Assembly (NCBI RefSeq): GCF_006345805.1
Contig: NC_043011.1
Location: forward strand, 65,360,464-65,424,463
Direction of reading: 5' to 3'
Length of the DNA: 64,000 bases
From: Octopus sinensis
Taxonomy: Eukaryota
Position 1 is the first letter of the stretch. Every line of letters begins with the position of its first letter. The notes beneath the pieces were generated by a model. It was not told the DNA's origin. It ran no database searches and saw only the letters and a list, made by a program, of their open reading frames with translations. Below, piece after piece: positions 36,292 through 49,445 of this stretch. The position numbers and the translations under genes are program-made.

Positions 36292-39200
36292 TATTGCTCA
36301 GAAGTATATTTTTATATCGTGCTTTCACTTCACTACCGAGCGCAGCTCTGTGTGCCTTGGGTATGTGCTGTGATTTGTTGTGATGCTCTGATGGTTATTG
36401 TATGGAAAGTGTTCTGCGTAGGATGTGTGCAGAGCCTAGTAGTGCAATTTTCTGTATGTTATATGTGTTTGTAAGTCCTGGTGTTTTTGTTATGTATTTG
36501 TCTGAATATTTATTTTCATGCCTAATGCACTTTCTTTGAAAGGGATTCTTTCTGTTTTTAGATTCCACATTCTGGTTACCTCTCTTTCCAGGTCTTTGTA
36601 TTTTGAAAGTTTCTCCATTTCTTTTCGAGACACGTTGTCATCTGCCGGTATTGATAAAATCAATTAGAAAACATTTTTTTTCTTCATGATCTCTGACAAC
36701 TATATCTGGTCTGTTGGCCTTAATTTCTCTATCTGTGTGTATTGGCATATCCCAGAGTATGGTTGCTTTCTCGTTTTCTGTGACCTTTTCTCGTGTGTGC
36801 CTATGCCATCTTTTTTCTGTTGTTATTCCATAATGTTGGCATAGCTTCCAGTGTATGTAGTTTCCAACTCTGTCGTGTCTGTGAATATATTCCTTCTTAG
36901 CCAGGACTGGGCAGCCAGTGATAATATGATTTATTGTTTCTTGTCCATCTCCACATATTCTGCAGTAACTTGTTATATTGCTTTTAATTACATGTTTTTG
37001 GCAATTTCTGGTGAGGAAGCTTCGGTCTTTTGCTGCAATTAAAAATCCCTCTGTCGCTGCTTTGAGTCCTGAGCTTCTCAACCTTTGCTGAGATTTTTCT
37101 TTGTCTATTTCTTTTGCATTTAGTTTAGTCCGGTATTTACCATGAAGGGACATTTCTTACCATCGTTTTATCATTGTTCTTTGTTGTTCTAATTTTAGGT
37201 TGGATTTCATTTGTTTTATAGCTTTTGTTGTTTCTTTATCTTCTTATTCTTTTTCATAATTTTTAGGTGGTATGATTTCTTGTTTGTATTTTTGAGCTTC
37301 ATTAAATACTTAGGACAATTTTTTTGTTTTGCTTGTGTTTTGCCGCTATTTGTATTAGTTTTCCTTCCTTCTGAAGTAGATATTTTTGCATTCATATGGT
37401 GGTTATTTTAAAGTAGCTTCCCAGCTGTATAAGACCTCTACCACTATCTTTAATTTGTATATATATAGTCTTTCTATTCAGATTTTGGTTGATGCATCAA
37501 AGATCCTGTCATAATTTTGGTCAGTTCAATTATTGTCCAGTTAAGGATATTGTAGCTGTAACTTGTTACTAGGACAGCTAAAGTGTTAAAACCTATTATC
37601 TTGTTTTTAGCATTTAGCTCTGTTTTTAGTATTGATCTAACTCGTCTCTAATATTCTTTTTTTTTCTCTTTCATTTGTGTGTGTTGTGTCTTACCTAGTT
37701 CCTGGATTTCTAAGTACTTGTAAGTTTGGATTTGGTCTAATTCTTTTATATCATTGGTTTTATCTAGTGTGATGTTGCTACTCTTAACTAGTTTTACTCT
37801 TTTCAGGGTTACTTCGGTGCAGTTTTCTAATCCAAATTTCATATCTATTTCTTTAGTAGATCCATGAACTGTCTTTAATAGGGTTTCCAGCTTTTTGTCA
37901 TTTGCAGCGTATAGCTTTAGGTCATCCATATATAAAAGGTGGCTGATCGTTTTGCCGTAACATTTATATCCGCATCGAGTTGTATTTAGCATATCCGATA
38001 GAGGTGATAGTTCCAAGCAGAAAAGGAGTGGAGAGAGCGTGTCTCCCTAGAATATTCCGCTTCTACTGGAGATGGCTTTAGTTTCCATGGGTTTTTCTTC
38101 TGTTTGGATCTGTAGCACTGTTTGCCAGTTATTCATAGTATGTCCTATGTATTTTTTAATTGTTGGTGCTACTTTGATAATCACTTGTGTTTCGAGGATC
38201 CATGTGAGGGGGATGCTATCAAACGCCTTTTTGTAGTCGATCCAGGCCATACTGAGGCCTTTTTTCTTTCTGTGGCTGTCTTCAGTCATTGCTTTATTGA
38301 TATTTATTTGATCTTTACAGCCATATGAGCCTTTGCGGCATCCTTTCTGCTCTTCTTTTGGAAACAATTTGTTTTCGTCCAGGTGCTTGTTCAATCTTTG
38401 TAATATTACTGCAGTAGATGCTTTGTACATTGTAGGGCGACAGGTTATAGGTCAGTTGTTTTCTGGATTTGCTGTCGTATATGATTTGGGAATTAAGATG
38501 GTTTTCCTCTTCGTGAGCCATTCAGGCTTTGTCTCTGGTTCTGCTAGTCCGTTGTTAAATCTTTCAGCCAGCTCTTTGTGCATTCCTGTAAGATATTTCA
38601 ACCAGAAGTTGGGGATCTTGTCATGCCCAGGTGCCTTGCAGTTGCTTAGACTTTGCAGTGCCTGGGTGACCTCTTCAGTTGTTATGGGGGTCCAAAGTTG
38701 CCCAGATGCTATGTTTGTTGTTTTAATAATCATTTATTTTGGTTGTTCATTCGCCGACCATATACCTTTCCAGAATTCTTCCACTTCTTCTGCAGTTGGT
38801 GCTGCAGAGATTTCTATTTTATTTTTGCCAAGTTCTTGGTAGAACTTTTTTGGGGTTGGAGTTGAACTTTTTGTTTTGTTCAAAGAAGCGCTGGCATCTC
38901 TCGTACCGGCGGAGCCTTTGAGATTTGGCAAGGATATCTTGCTTCAGCTTTTCTTTTATCTCAGGTAAATCTTTTTCTGTGATGGTATATTTGCGGAGTA
39001 TTTTTGTTTTCTTTTTGTTGCTCAGTAGCGTTGATTGTTTGCTGATTTCATTAAGAATCGACAGATCTTTTCTCATTTTTTTGTATTTTGTTTTGGATGT
39101 TATTTATCCACAGGGTTTGTTTGGGTGGTGGTACTCCTGTTTGGATGGGTTTGAGTGTGTAACTAGCTTCTTTTGTGACTGCAGTTGCTGCTGCATATAC

Positions 39201-39600
39201 TAAGTAATTTAACTCAGTGATATCGCTATTTGTGTCAGTGGCTATTAATTTTGTGACAGTTAGGTTTATGCTGTTTATAATTGGTGTTGTTGTTTCGTCT
39301 ATTTTGATTTTTGGGAGTTATGGTCGGTGTTTCATTTTGAGATCTGTGTTTTCCATTTCTTTGATTATTCTACTTTTTATAGTGTCATAATCATTAGGCT
39401 CCCCTTCTTTGTTTCCAGGTTATAGATTTGTGTCGCTTTTTTCACGGTCGTATGTTTCTATGTCATGTTTTGGCTTGATGCTTGTCGTGCATTATTATGT
39501 ATCCTTACGGTTTGGGTTTGTTGTTTTTGTTTACATCGTTTTTGTGGGAAATGTTACGTTTGTCTTCGTGTTTTGCAATCGCAGTGTTCATATTATTTGG
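36292..39600 (-). mobile_element. R4/Dong LINE family A, longer decayed copy
   Basis: ORFs 36638-39076 give KAPGHDKIPNFWLK, QKGCRKGSYGCKDQ, YMDDLKLYA, CRICGDGQETINH. The 3' UTR equals rc of 12750-12852. Confidence 0.9.
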
Positions 39601-39726
39601 CATTTTCGTGTAGCTTCTTCTTCTTCTTCTTCTTCTTCTTCTTCTTCTTCTTCTTCTTTTCTTCTTCTTCTTCTTCTTCTTCTTCTTCTTCTTCTCTTCT
39701 TCTTCTTATTATTATTATAATTATAA

Positions 39727-39757
<31 letters not shown>

Positions 39758-40074
39758 TATTACTATTATTATTATAATTATTATTATCCATTTTGGTATA
39801 ATCGCAACGCTCGATATTTTAGGTGGTTATTCAGTTCATTTCATCGACCTCGTCCTCAACCGGTAGTTATTATATCATCCAGAAAGCCTACAAAATGAAA
39901 TCGACCTCTACTGAATATCATTAACTGAGGACGTATGTCCGATGAAATTATGATAAATAATATATCCCGGGTGTTATCAACTCCACCGGGTTGTCTCGTT
40001 GCAATTTCGAATTTCTGCAATGACCAATATTTTCGTGTTAGAGGGTAGGTCTATAACTTTGGAATCAGTACTCA

Positions 40075-41020
40075 ACAGGTATATGATGTATAGAGCCGGA
40101 AATGATTTAATATAAACAAAAGATAATTTATGGAACTAAATATTGTATCAAAGTCAAAACTCCAAACTGATCCGAAACTGAGGTCTCGTTGATGGCATCT
40201 CAGCTAAATTTAGTAGCCTGACCTTTGGAGTAGACAGCTGTCCTTCCAGATCGACTCTAGGCTCATGTACGTATATTCTGATGAAATGCATTTTTGAAAA
40301 GTGGCATAAAGCAGCCGGTTATTTTGTTTCTGCAGATAGGTGGGTCGTTTGTCTTTGATGCAAACTGTAGGTATTTCACGAGCAGCTCCGTACATATTTC
40401 GTTAGTTTTAACTCATAGGCTTTAACTTATTCGGGTTGTTATTGCGCTGTTTATATGTTTCTGTATATAATTAATTAGATTATAATTGTCTGTGTTTCTG
40501 GGTGTGCATCTTGCAATTTCTTACTGTTGTTTATGTTGTGTGATGTAATCAGATTTGTTTATAAATTTGATTGCCCATATACCTGTGATAATGCCGATAG
40601 TGGGGTTGTGGGTGGAGATGATGGAGTGTATATTCATAATGTAGACGCTGTTCTCCTTGGTGGTGGTGCATGGTCGTTAGGAGGCATCTATCTGTTGGTA
40701 TCTAACAGCGGTTCGATCTACTCTTTCTTGTTTCTCTTTTTAATGGCTTTGTAACTTTGATCTATTTAACTTCTATCACGTCACGCTTACTACACGGTGC
40801 GTGGTTTGGGCAGCGGCGATGGCGGATATGCTTTCAAAAAGATTGTAGTACGACATTGTTGAGGAAATTGTTTTGTTGGGGACAAACATTGCAGATTTTA
40901 TTGGTAGGGTCTCTGAGAAGGTGGAACTAAATATTGGTGTATTTTGTTCTGTTTATTTGAAATTCTTCCATTGTTATTATTATCCAGGCTTTCACCATTG
41001 CAACTATAAATACGAAACTC
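40075..41020 (-). repeat. Block Z' (right arm)
   Basis: Reverse complement of 29290-30240. Confidence 0.95.
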
Positions 41021-41179
41021 AGTTATTAGATGCTAGCGAGTGAGAGGGTGAATATGCGTGTGATTATATGTGTGTTAGTGACAGATTATGTACCATTAAT
41101 ATTTAGGTTCAAATTTCAGGTTCAAATAAAATCAAAGACTTGTTTCTGGGTGAGAAAAATGTCTTAATTCCGATTACGA

Positions 41180-43070
41180 CCTTTATTTCTCCAGATTAGG
41201 CAACGTTTTCCTGTACCATGAACCAAATTTTTTATAATATCCTTCATAATATTGCGCACTGAATACAACATTGTAAATGCTGAAAATTACAAAAAAACAA
41301 AACAAAAATGTAGTTTGTATAACAAGCATATATTGGTTAAGAATTAAAAACACACCTGTCTGTTTAAACAACTTTTGTCCTTTTAAGCTTCTTGTGCGGG
41401 TTGTGATCTTCTTTTTATACCCAGCAGTAGTCGCTAGCATGCCAGGTTTCTATTTTTCCTTTGAATCGTCGCTCCATCATCACTGAAATATGCTGATGGA
41501 ACCTTTCGCCATGTTCATCACTCACATCACCAAGATTTTCCGCAAAAACATCCAAATGAGAGGGAATCACCTGGACCTTTAGAGACATATTACCTCCCAT
41601 ATCATGGTAATGACTCAGCAGATCATTTACAACTTGCACATCGTCTTCCGAACGATGGATGCCCAGGAGGTTATCGCTACTTGAATGACTCAAAGGCAAG
41701 CTTCTCTTTTCTCTTGAGATGTGTGAAGAAGGTTTCAAGTACAAACCGTCTTTAAGTTTAGATTGACTTGGGGAAGGGCACTTTTTCTGCAGGATATGCA
41801 AATGCGGAGGATTCCTTGTCCCAGGCTTCACAAATTTCTTAAACAAACCAAGTTTCATATGCAAAAGTGTTAAGAAATATTTCTATCACTTTTCACAAGT
41901 GGTTTGTGCATGACGCTGTGTTTTCCTTGCTCAATTTCATCTCGGATCGGCCAATCCATGCATACATAATGTTCAGCTCTTACCTTGGAATACCATAAAC
42001 ACAGGAAGTAGCAAAACTTAGTATAGTCACGCTGAAGGCCAGTAATCAAGGCCACAGTATTACAATCTGCCTAAATACGCTAGGTATGGTCATCATACTG
42101 TATGCTTGTTAGAATTGCTTTCAGATATTCATATGATTCTTTCATGGTTGTGCTATAAGCTATGGTTATAGAAACCAGAGTGTTACTATTCTGTAGCAGA
42201 ACAGATTTGATGCTGTCATTGGATGCTTCTATGAAAATTCGCCAATTGGTTTTTTCAAATGGTATTTCCAGTTGCTCAAAAAGTTCAGTGATGTCAATAA
42301 AAAAGCATAAGTCATTTTCCATGTACAGGATTATCTTCACTCCTTACTCACGAAGATTACGTTCTTGAAGCCTTGACGCCAGAAAAACATTTTTATCTTT
42401 GGTTTAAATAGAGATCCCTGCACAAGTTATTTAGAGCCTCTTGAGAAAAAAGGATTGGTTTATTATCACTTTCTGGATCGTTGGGCTCCACACATTCACC
42501 ACCGGAACGTTCATCAGCACTACTGACACTCTGCAATTCTTGATCTGGATGTTTAGGCAGAGGTAATTTTCTGAGTACTCTACTTGGCGCATTTCTGATT
42601 GCAAATTTGTGTAAACAATCTGTTTCATTTTCTTTGCTGTAGTACAGTCTGTAAAGTCATGGTGAGAGAAATAGCAATCATTAGAGTGATCTTTCTGCTC
42701 ACGCCAAATCATTGGCACGCCAAACTTCATGTGAACATTTTTTCCTGTATACCAGGCATTCACTGCCTTCACACATGTAAGGCAACGCACGGGAGGAGCC
42801 CATGACATATCCTGGTCTCCTAAATAACAGTCAAAGTATGCCATGTATAATTTCTTGTAATGGCGTGTAATACTGGGCTGTTCTTTCTCAAAAATCAATT
42901 CCCCACAGATATAACAGAACCCATTGGGATCACTTTTGCCCTGTCAAACACAAGCTTTGAATCACATTGTAGGTGTTTCTAAGATAGGCCTCTAGTTCTG
43001 TGTTGAAAGCCATTTTACAATGCGATAAAGAATTTTATTTAAGGATAATGACAAAAAGGGTACACAGTGA
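41180..43070 (-). mobile_element. DNA transposon with decayed transposase, Chapaev3 (CMC)-like
   Basis: FCYICGE, GDQDMSWAP..C..C, PMIWREQKDHSNDCYF, WRIFIE.S..S.KSVLL.N.N, ALITGLQ..YTKF, HMKLGLFKKFVK, SHLD.F.ENLGDVSDEHGERFHQ. A possible end reads CACTGTGTACCC (rc near 43059-43070). The superfamily name is from recalled motif layout and needs a profile search. Confidence 0.75.
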
Positions 43071-43189
43071 CAATACTGTAGAAAGCATGCCTAATTTAAA
43101 AAAAAGAAGGCCAGAAATTGATTTCCCATGTCATATTGCATGTAAAAAAGGACACAGATCTCTGGTACTTTTTTGAGTTTTGCAAAGTG

Positions 43190-43745
43190 TATCCGGCCGC
43201 TAAATTTATGATTAATCTTCTATCATTAAACAACTAATAAATTGCTTAATCGAATGAACAACTATATATAATTCCTTCACACTGTGTGATCTATCTCCGA
43301 ATATTTCCACTTCATTACCTCTTCTCATCCTGTGTTACACGTTTACACCACCTATCCACTGATAAAACATTCCATTTAAATACATGGGTAAAGTATGCAT
43401 GCCCGTGTATGTGTATATCTTGGGGTAAACTTAGCAATCTGGGTAAATGTCTTTGAACTTGCGTATGTGTAAGATATACAAACAGTTTTAATCTTCTCAC
43501 TGGTATACTTTTCTAATTCCGATATTGTTGTGTGTGTGTGAGTGTGTATGATACATTGTGGTGTCTTTCATTTCTGACATTCTTACTCTTTGTGATTTAT
43601 CATGCCTCTCATAAAGTAGCGTCCAATAATAATCCGCTGCATTAACAATAGCGAAATTACAGTTCCTGGTCTAATCTTACATATTAATTGAAAGTTAGAG
43701 TGAAACATATCAAAGTGAGACACGTGATTTATTTGTCATTGATTT
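43190..43745 (-). repeat. Block Y'
   Basis: Reverse complement of 28590-29135. Confidence 0.9.
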
Positions 43746-43788
43746 TGATGTGTGTATGTGTATCGTATATATATTTATGTATATATAA

Positions 43789-43950
43789 GTGGCTGTGTGA
43801 TAAGTAGCTTCTTTACCAACCACATGGTTCCGGGTTCAGTCCCACTGCGTGGCATCTTGGGCAAGTGACTTCTACTATAGCCTCGGGCCGACCAACAAAT
43901 TGTGAGTGGATTCGGTAGATTGAAACTTAAAGAAGCCTTTCGTATATATG
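43789..43950 (+). mobile_element. tRNA-derived SINE (second family), 5' half
   Basis: GTGGCTGTGTGATAAG..GGTTCCGGGTTCAGTCCC..CTTGGGCAAGTG followed by (TA)n. Confidence 0.8.
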
Positions 43951-43953
43951 TAT

Positions 43954-45390
43954 ATTATATAATTAGGGCTTAGTAAAATAAATTACTTTGCCACATACTG
44001 AACTTAGTAGAAATAGCAGCCAAAAAATTTTTTTAGCTATTTCTTCTACTTAAAGAAAATTTCTCTCAGATAATGTTTACTCCAGATAGCTCACGAAGGT
44101 TTGGAGGTAAATACAGAAAAATATCACAAGTACATAGTTCGTTTGAGTACGTCAACGTTTCAAGATTAGCCAAATAAAATCAGCATTTCTTTCGTCAGCT
44201 CCAACCACTCCAACTGACAGTGCCAACAAATTCAAAATGCGCAGGCGTAAATTTCTGCACTCAACTGTTGATATTATAATTCATTTCTCTCTGTCATACT
44301 GCCTCGGTTCTCGCGGTTAAAATATGATGTTTGTTGGATAGACCACGTGGGTGGAAGCGGAGTGCAGAAATTCAGGCCTGCGTATTTTGAATTTGTTGGC
44401 ACTGTCAGTTGGAGTGGTTCATCTGAAGCGTCAAGTTCGCTGATAGGTAAAGTTCCTTCTTTTTAGTGTTTCCAAATCCAAATTAAGAAATTTTGAGCTG
44501 ACGAAAGAAATGCTGATTTTATTTGGCTAATCTTGAAACGTTGACGTACTCAAACGATCTATGTACTTGTGATATTTTTCTGTATTTACCTCCAAACCTT
44601 CGTGAGCTATCTGGAGTAAACATTATCTGAGAGAAATTTTCTTTAAGTAGTAGAAATAGCTAACAAAAAAATTTTTTGGCTGCTATTTCTACTAAGTTCA
44701 GTATGTGGCAAAGTAATTTATTTTACTAAGCCCTAATTATATAATGTAATATTTTGAATTCGCCTTAAATGGTCCTTTTACATACTGAACACTTGGTGAA
44801 ATTGATTAATTAATTTTACCCTAAATTGTTGATATTATAATTCATTTCTCTCTGTCATACTGCCTCGGTTCTCGCGGTTAAAATATGATGTTTGCTGGAT
44901 AGATTACGTGGGTGGAAGCGGAGTGCAGAAATTTACGCCTGCGCATTTTGAATTTGTTGGCACTGTCAGTTGGAGTGGTTCATCTGAAGCGACAAGTTCG
45001 CTGATAGGTAAAGTTCCTTCTTTTTAGTGTTTCCAAATCCAAATTAAGAAATTTTGAGCTGACGAAAGAAATGCTGATTTTATTTGGCTAATCTTGAAAC
45101 GTTGACGTACTCAAACGATCTATGTACTTGTGATATTTTTCTGTATTTATCTCCAAACCTTCGTGAGCTATCCGGAGTAAACATTATCTGAGAGAAATTT
45201 TCTTTAAGTAGTAGAAATAGCTAAAAAAATTTAATTTGGCTGCTATTTCTACTAAGTTCAGTATGTGGCAAAGTAATTTATTTTACTAAGCCCTAATTAT
45301 ATAATGTAATAATTTCAATTCGCCTTAAATGGTCCTTTTACATACTGAACACTTGGTGAAATTGATTAATTAATTTTACACTCAATTGTT
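43954..45390. repeat. Foldback plus tandem insertion: inverted partial copy followed by two direct ~563 bp units
   Basis: 43954-44203 matches rc of 44496-44745. 44203-44262 matches rc of ~44360-44420. 44265-44827 is near-identical to 44828-45390. Confidence 0.92.
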
Positions 45391-45391
45391 G

Positions 45392-45625
45392 ATATATATA
45401 TATGTATGTGTGTGTTTGTTTGTGTTGTGTCTGTGTTTGTCCCCCTAGCATTGCTTGACAACTGATGCTGGAGTGTTTATGTCCCGTCAGTTAGCGGTTC
45501 GGGAAAACAGACCGATAGAATAAGTGCAAGGCTTACAAAGAATAAATGCCGGGGTCGAGTTGCTCGATTAAAGGCGGTGCTCTAGCATGGCCGCAGTCAA
45601 ATGACTGAAAAATGTATAAAAGAGA
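45392..45625 (+). mobile_element. 3' half of the SINE starting at 43789
   Basis: (TA)(TG)n, TTTGTCCCCCTAGCATTGCTTGAC..GGCGGTGCTCTAGCATGGCCGCAGTCAAATGACTGAAA. Confidence 0.7.
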
Positions 45626-45626
45626 A

Positions 45627-45790
<164 letters not shown>

Positions 45791-45809
45791 ATATATATAT
45801 ACTCACTAA

Positions 45810-46336
45810 ATAATTGAAGGCATGCATGCTCTCGATTATTTGGACCGCCTTAAGGTTTTGAAACTCTACTCTCTCCAGCTTCGCCGTGAGCGTACATCGT
45901 TTGTACGATGTGGAGAATATACCGCCAACTTGTGCCCAAACGACCTGAACATTAGCTTCAATGTTTATCCCAAAATGGGACTACGGGCCACACGACCCCT
46001 GCCCAATTCAAGATCACAGCATACATGTACACTGCAACATTATTTCTTTTCCTCAACAGGCCCTGACCTATTTAACATTCTCCCGAAAGGGATCAAAGAA
46101 GAAAAAGGGTCCCATCAACTTTAAAAGGAATCTGGATAGATTCCTTCAAGGAATACCAGATAAGCCACCCATAATTGGATACAACTCACCCAACAAAAAC
46201 TCACTACTTGATTGGAGCATAAACAAAACTTAACTTAAACAGGATTTAGAAAATCCTATCAGGGGGGGGGGCTATTAAGTTACACATGGCCTGGACCTAC
46301 ATTTGATCGAATCACATCTAAATTTATCTAAGTTTT
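45810..46336 (+). mobile_element. 3' fragment of a CR1-like LINE related to 21639-22831
   Basis: DYLDRLKVLKLYSLQLRRER, GIPDKPP..GY.S.NKNSLL. CTATTAAGTTACACATGGCCTGG tail. Confidence 0.85.
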
Positions 46337-46434
46337 ATATATATACAAACATACATATGTATATATACATATATAAATATTTACATATATATATATAAAT
46401 ATACATATATAAATATTTACATATATATATGTAT

Positions 46435-46500
46435 ATATTAAGTTATACATGGCCTGGGCCAATAATGGCCGAAACCTATCAAAGTATCAAAGTATCAAAG

Positions 46501-46503
<3 letters not shown>
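46435..46503 (+). mobile_element. ~70 bp extreme 3' end of the same CR1-like family with a (TATCAAAG)3 tail
   Basis: TATTAAGTTATACATGGCCTGGGCCAATAATGGCCGAAACC matches 22779-22817. Confidence 0.8.
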
Positions 46504-46540
<37 letters not shown>

Positions 46541-46621
46541 TTCCCGGGTTGAGTCGTGGTTAACCACAGTAAATAAGGTACTCAATACATAGCAGAGTAA
46601 ATTAATTTATTTTATAGAAGG

Positions 46622-46672
46622 AGCTTCTACAGGACTAGAACAGTTTCATACAAAAAAAATCATCAGGAAGCT
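46622..46672 (-). ncRNA. Minimal hammerhead ribozyme motif (family 2)
   Basis: AGCTTC CTGATGA ttttttttgtat GAAAC tgttctagtcct GTA GAAGCT. Stem I and core are intact; stem II is weak. Confidence 0.6.
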
Positions 46673-47102
46673 AGGTGACAAGAATAATTTTGGCATTTAT
46701 ACATTTAGGCAGGTTTAAAGGGGTGATGGTGGGGGACCTTTTGGGGTAGGCATGGCGCAAACTATCATTCTTAGGGGAGTGGTCAAAGGAATCAGTGATA
46801 AAGTAGATAAAAGAATAATTAGAATAATAGAGTTTTAGGTAAATAAGGAGACTCTCACTTATACACATATATATATATATACACATACACATACACATAA
46901 ATATATGTGTGTATAAGTGAGAGTCTCCTTATTTACCTAAAACTCTATTATTCTATTTATTCTTTTATCTACTTTATCACTGATTCCATTGACCACTCCC
47001 CTAAGAATGATAGTTTGCGCCATGCCTACCCCCAAAAGTCCCCCACCACCAACCATTTAAACCTGCCTAAATGTATAAATGCCAAAACTATTCTTGTCAC
47101 TT

Positions 47103-47153
47103 AGCTTCCTGATGATTTCTTTTGAATAAAACAGTTCTAGTCCTGTAGAAGCT
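47103..47153 (+). ncRNA. Hammerhead motif (family 2), GAAA mutated to AAAA
   Basis: AGCTTC CTGATGA tTTCttttGAAt AAAACAG ttctagtc CTGTA GAAGCT. Confidence 0.5.
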
Positions 47154-47169
47154 CCTTCTTTAAAAAGAA

Positions 47170-47224
<55 letters not shown>

Positions 47225-47227
<3 letters not shown>

Positions 47228-47422
47228 AGATTATGCATGTATATTGGCGATTTTTTTTTCCTCTGTGTTCCCTTCTCTGGATCTTTCCTTCTCCTATGTT
47301 TCCGACGAAGAGCTCTGCACGAAATGTTATACAATCCATGTTTCCTTTCCGTCCGATAATACTATATGTGTTCACGTCCTTGCGTTGTTGTGCTTACTAT
47401 TTCTGTTTTAATGTTTGGATTA

Positions 47423-47430
<8 letters not shown>
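47225..47430 (+). mobile_element. Probable third Penelope-like terminal fragment with a very decayed hammerhead-like motif (47297-47332)
   Basis: TGTTT CCGACGA AGAGCTCTGCAC GAAA TGTTATACA, with the core degenerate. Confidence 0.35.
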
Positions 47431-47511
<81 letters not shown>

Positions 47512-47525
47512 CATATGTATATATA

Positions 47526-47579
<54 letters not shown>

Positions 47580-47872
47580 GTATATATATATATATGTATA
47601 TACATATATATATGTATATAAATATATATATATATATCAGTATTCACTAACTAACGGCTATGCAGGTAAAGCTGGTAAACAATACTTTCTTATTAAAATA
47701 TATGTCTTTCTAAGTATAACTGTGACATGTGAAACGAATTAGCAAATAGCTGAAAAATAGTAAAAGTTTTACAAATTACCAAGTGAAGTCAATTCTTGTA
47801 ACAACTTTAATGAATGTCACTAAATGAATACGTTTAGATCTTCAGAACTGCTATTCTCACACAATCATATAT

Positions 47873-47928
<56 letters not shown>

Positions 47929-48095
47929 TTGTATTTTAATATAGATGCATATTCATATAAATATATATATATATAAATAATGATAAATATCAATGTGAGT
48001 TATATACAGTAGCGGTAACACAACGTGACGTATTTTTGCCATTTCAATATGGCTAACCCCTAAGGGTGGATGCTACTGTAGTTTATATAAATATA

Positions 48096-48176
<81 letters not shown>

Positions 48177-48513
48177 ATGTATATATATATAAATATATAT
48201 AACGCAAGCACATATATATATATACAACCACGGACATATTGAATATTGCAATTGGTATAACAACGCGTTTATCTACTAATAAGATTACACTAAAATATGT
48301 GAACATTTTCTTCTTTATTTTTTTCTGATTATTTTCAAAAGTGTCCCCTCTAGATATTGATTATACAGAATTTCAGAACGTGTGAACCTTATATGAAAGA
48401 ACAATACTCATTCGTTAAGAAGTTCCCATTACAACACATTTCAAATATTTAATCTTGTACTACAACTGTGAATTACGGAATAACTCATGCATATCATTTC
48501 TTCACCACTGCCC

Positions 48514-48573
48514 TTATTTTTGCTTTAGTAATTGAAGCGCGAATGTAGCCAGGAATATTCTTTGTAAGGAGAT
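48514..48573 (-). CDS. Candidate terminal exon ISLQRIFLATFALQLLKQK*
   Basis: CCTTTTCTCCAATTCTCGTTCCAG| acceptor, conserved in X at 27488. Phase 0, compatible with the donor at 49446. Confidence 0.3.
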   Translation of the reverse strand: MSLQRIFLATFALQLLKQK

Positions 48574-49445
48574 CTGGAACGAGAATTGGAGAAAAGGATA
48601 TATACATAGATAAATCTGGAATCCACGTATGTTCAAATTAGTTCGACGTTAATTATACAAGAAATTGACTGATTATATTCTTCCAGACATTAACAAATAT
48701 GAGATTTACTAGGATCTTGCTGATGATGATTCAGTTTAAATTACACAAAAAATTAGGCCGGTACCAGTGTGTCACAGAATAGTCAGTTCAATGTGGTGCA
48801 CTTTGCAGAAGAGAAATAAGGTTCAGACATTCTCTGGGGCAGGGCTATCTTATCTCTTGCTGTTTCTTTCAGGCGATGTGTGTTGGTTATGAGCCGAGGC
48901 AATCGTGTTGTTAAAGCTGTTCACTATAGAGGACCAATACAATATATTCTGTTCTACTCTGGGCACAAGGCCGGTAATATTATCATTATTATTATTGTGC
49001 GGGAGCGGGACATTCGATTTGATCGACCTCAGTAAGCAACTGGTATTTAATTTATCAACCCCGAAACGACGAAAGGCAAACTCCGCAGAATTTGAATAGA
49101 AATATTGCAACAACTTCATTCATCTTAACGTGAATATGTATGACCTTCATTAGTAATTTCGCCCTGAAATTATATAGCAAAAGGTACTATGAGTTTCACC
49201 TCTGCATATTAATGAGATTTCTAACTCCTTATTGTAGATGTATCTTAAATATTTATATAATAATATCAAAACAATTATGCAATTAGTAATGAATGTATTG
49301 ATATTGTAATATTCACGCAGTTGTCAACTCGTAAATATACCATGTTATTTGACCGCTATCTAATAATAAATGTAGAAAATGCTTGAATATTTGTTGCTAT
49401 GATGTTACTATTGTAATGCATAAAGCAATCCGTAATTATACTTAC

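Larger units (their letters stand above)
46537..47160. mobile_element. Second Penelope-like palindrome (arms 46616-46872 and 46901-47160)
   Basis: About 255 bp inverted arms around a short microsatellite, with a hammerhead motif near the outer end of each arm. Confidence 0.8.

Noticed and set aside
39920-39960. CTGAGGA..GAAA as another hammerhead
   Set aside because: No consistent stems I-III can be formed.
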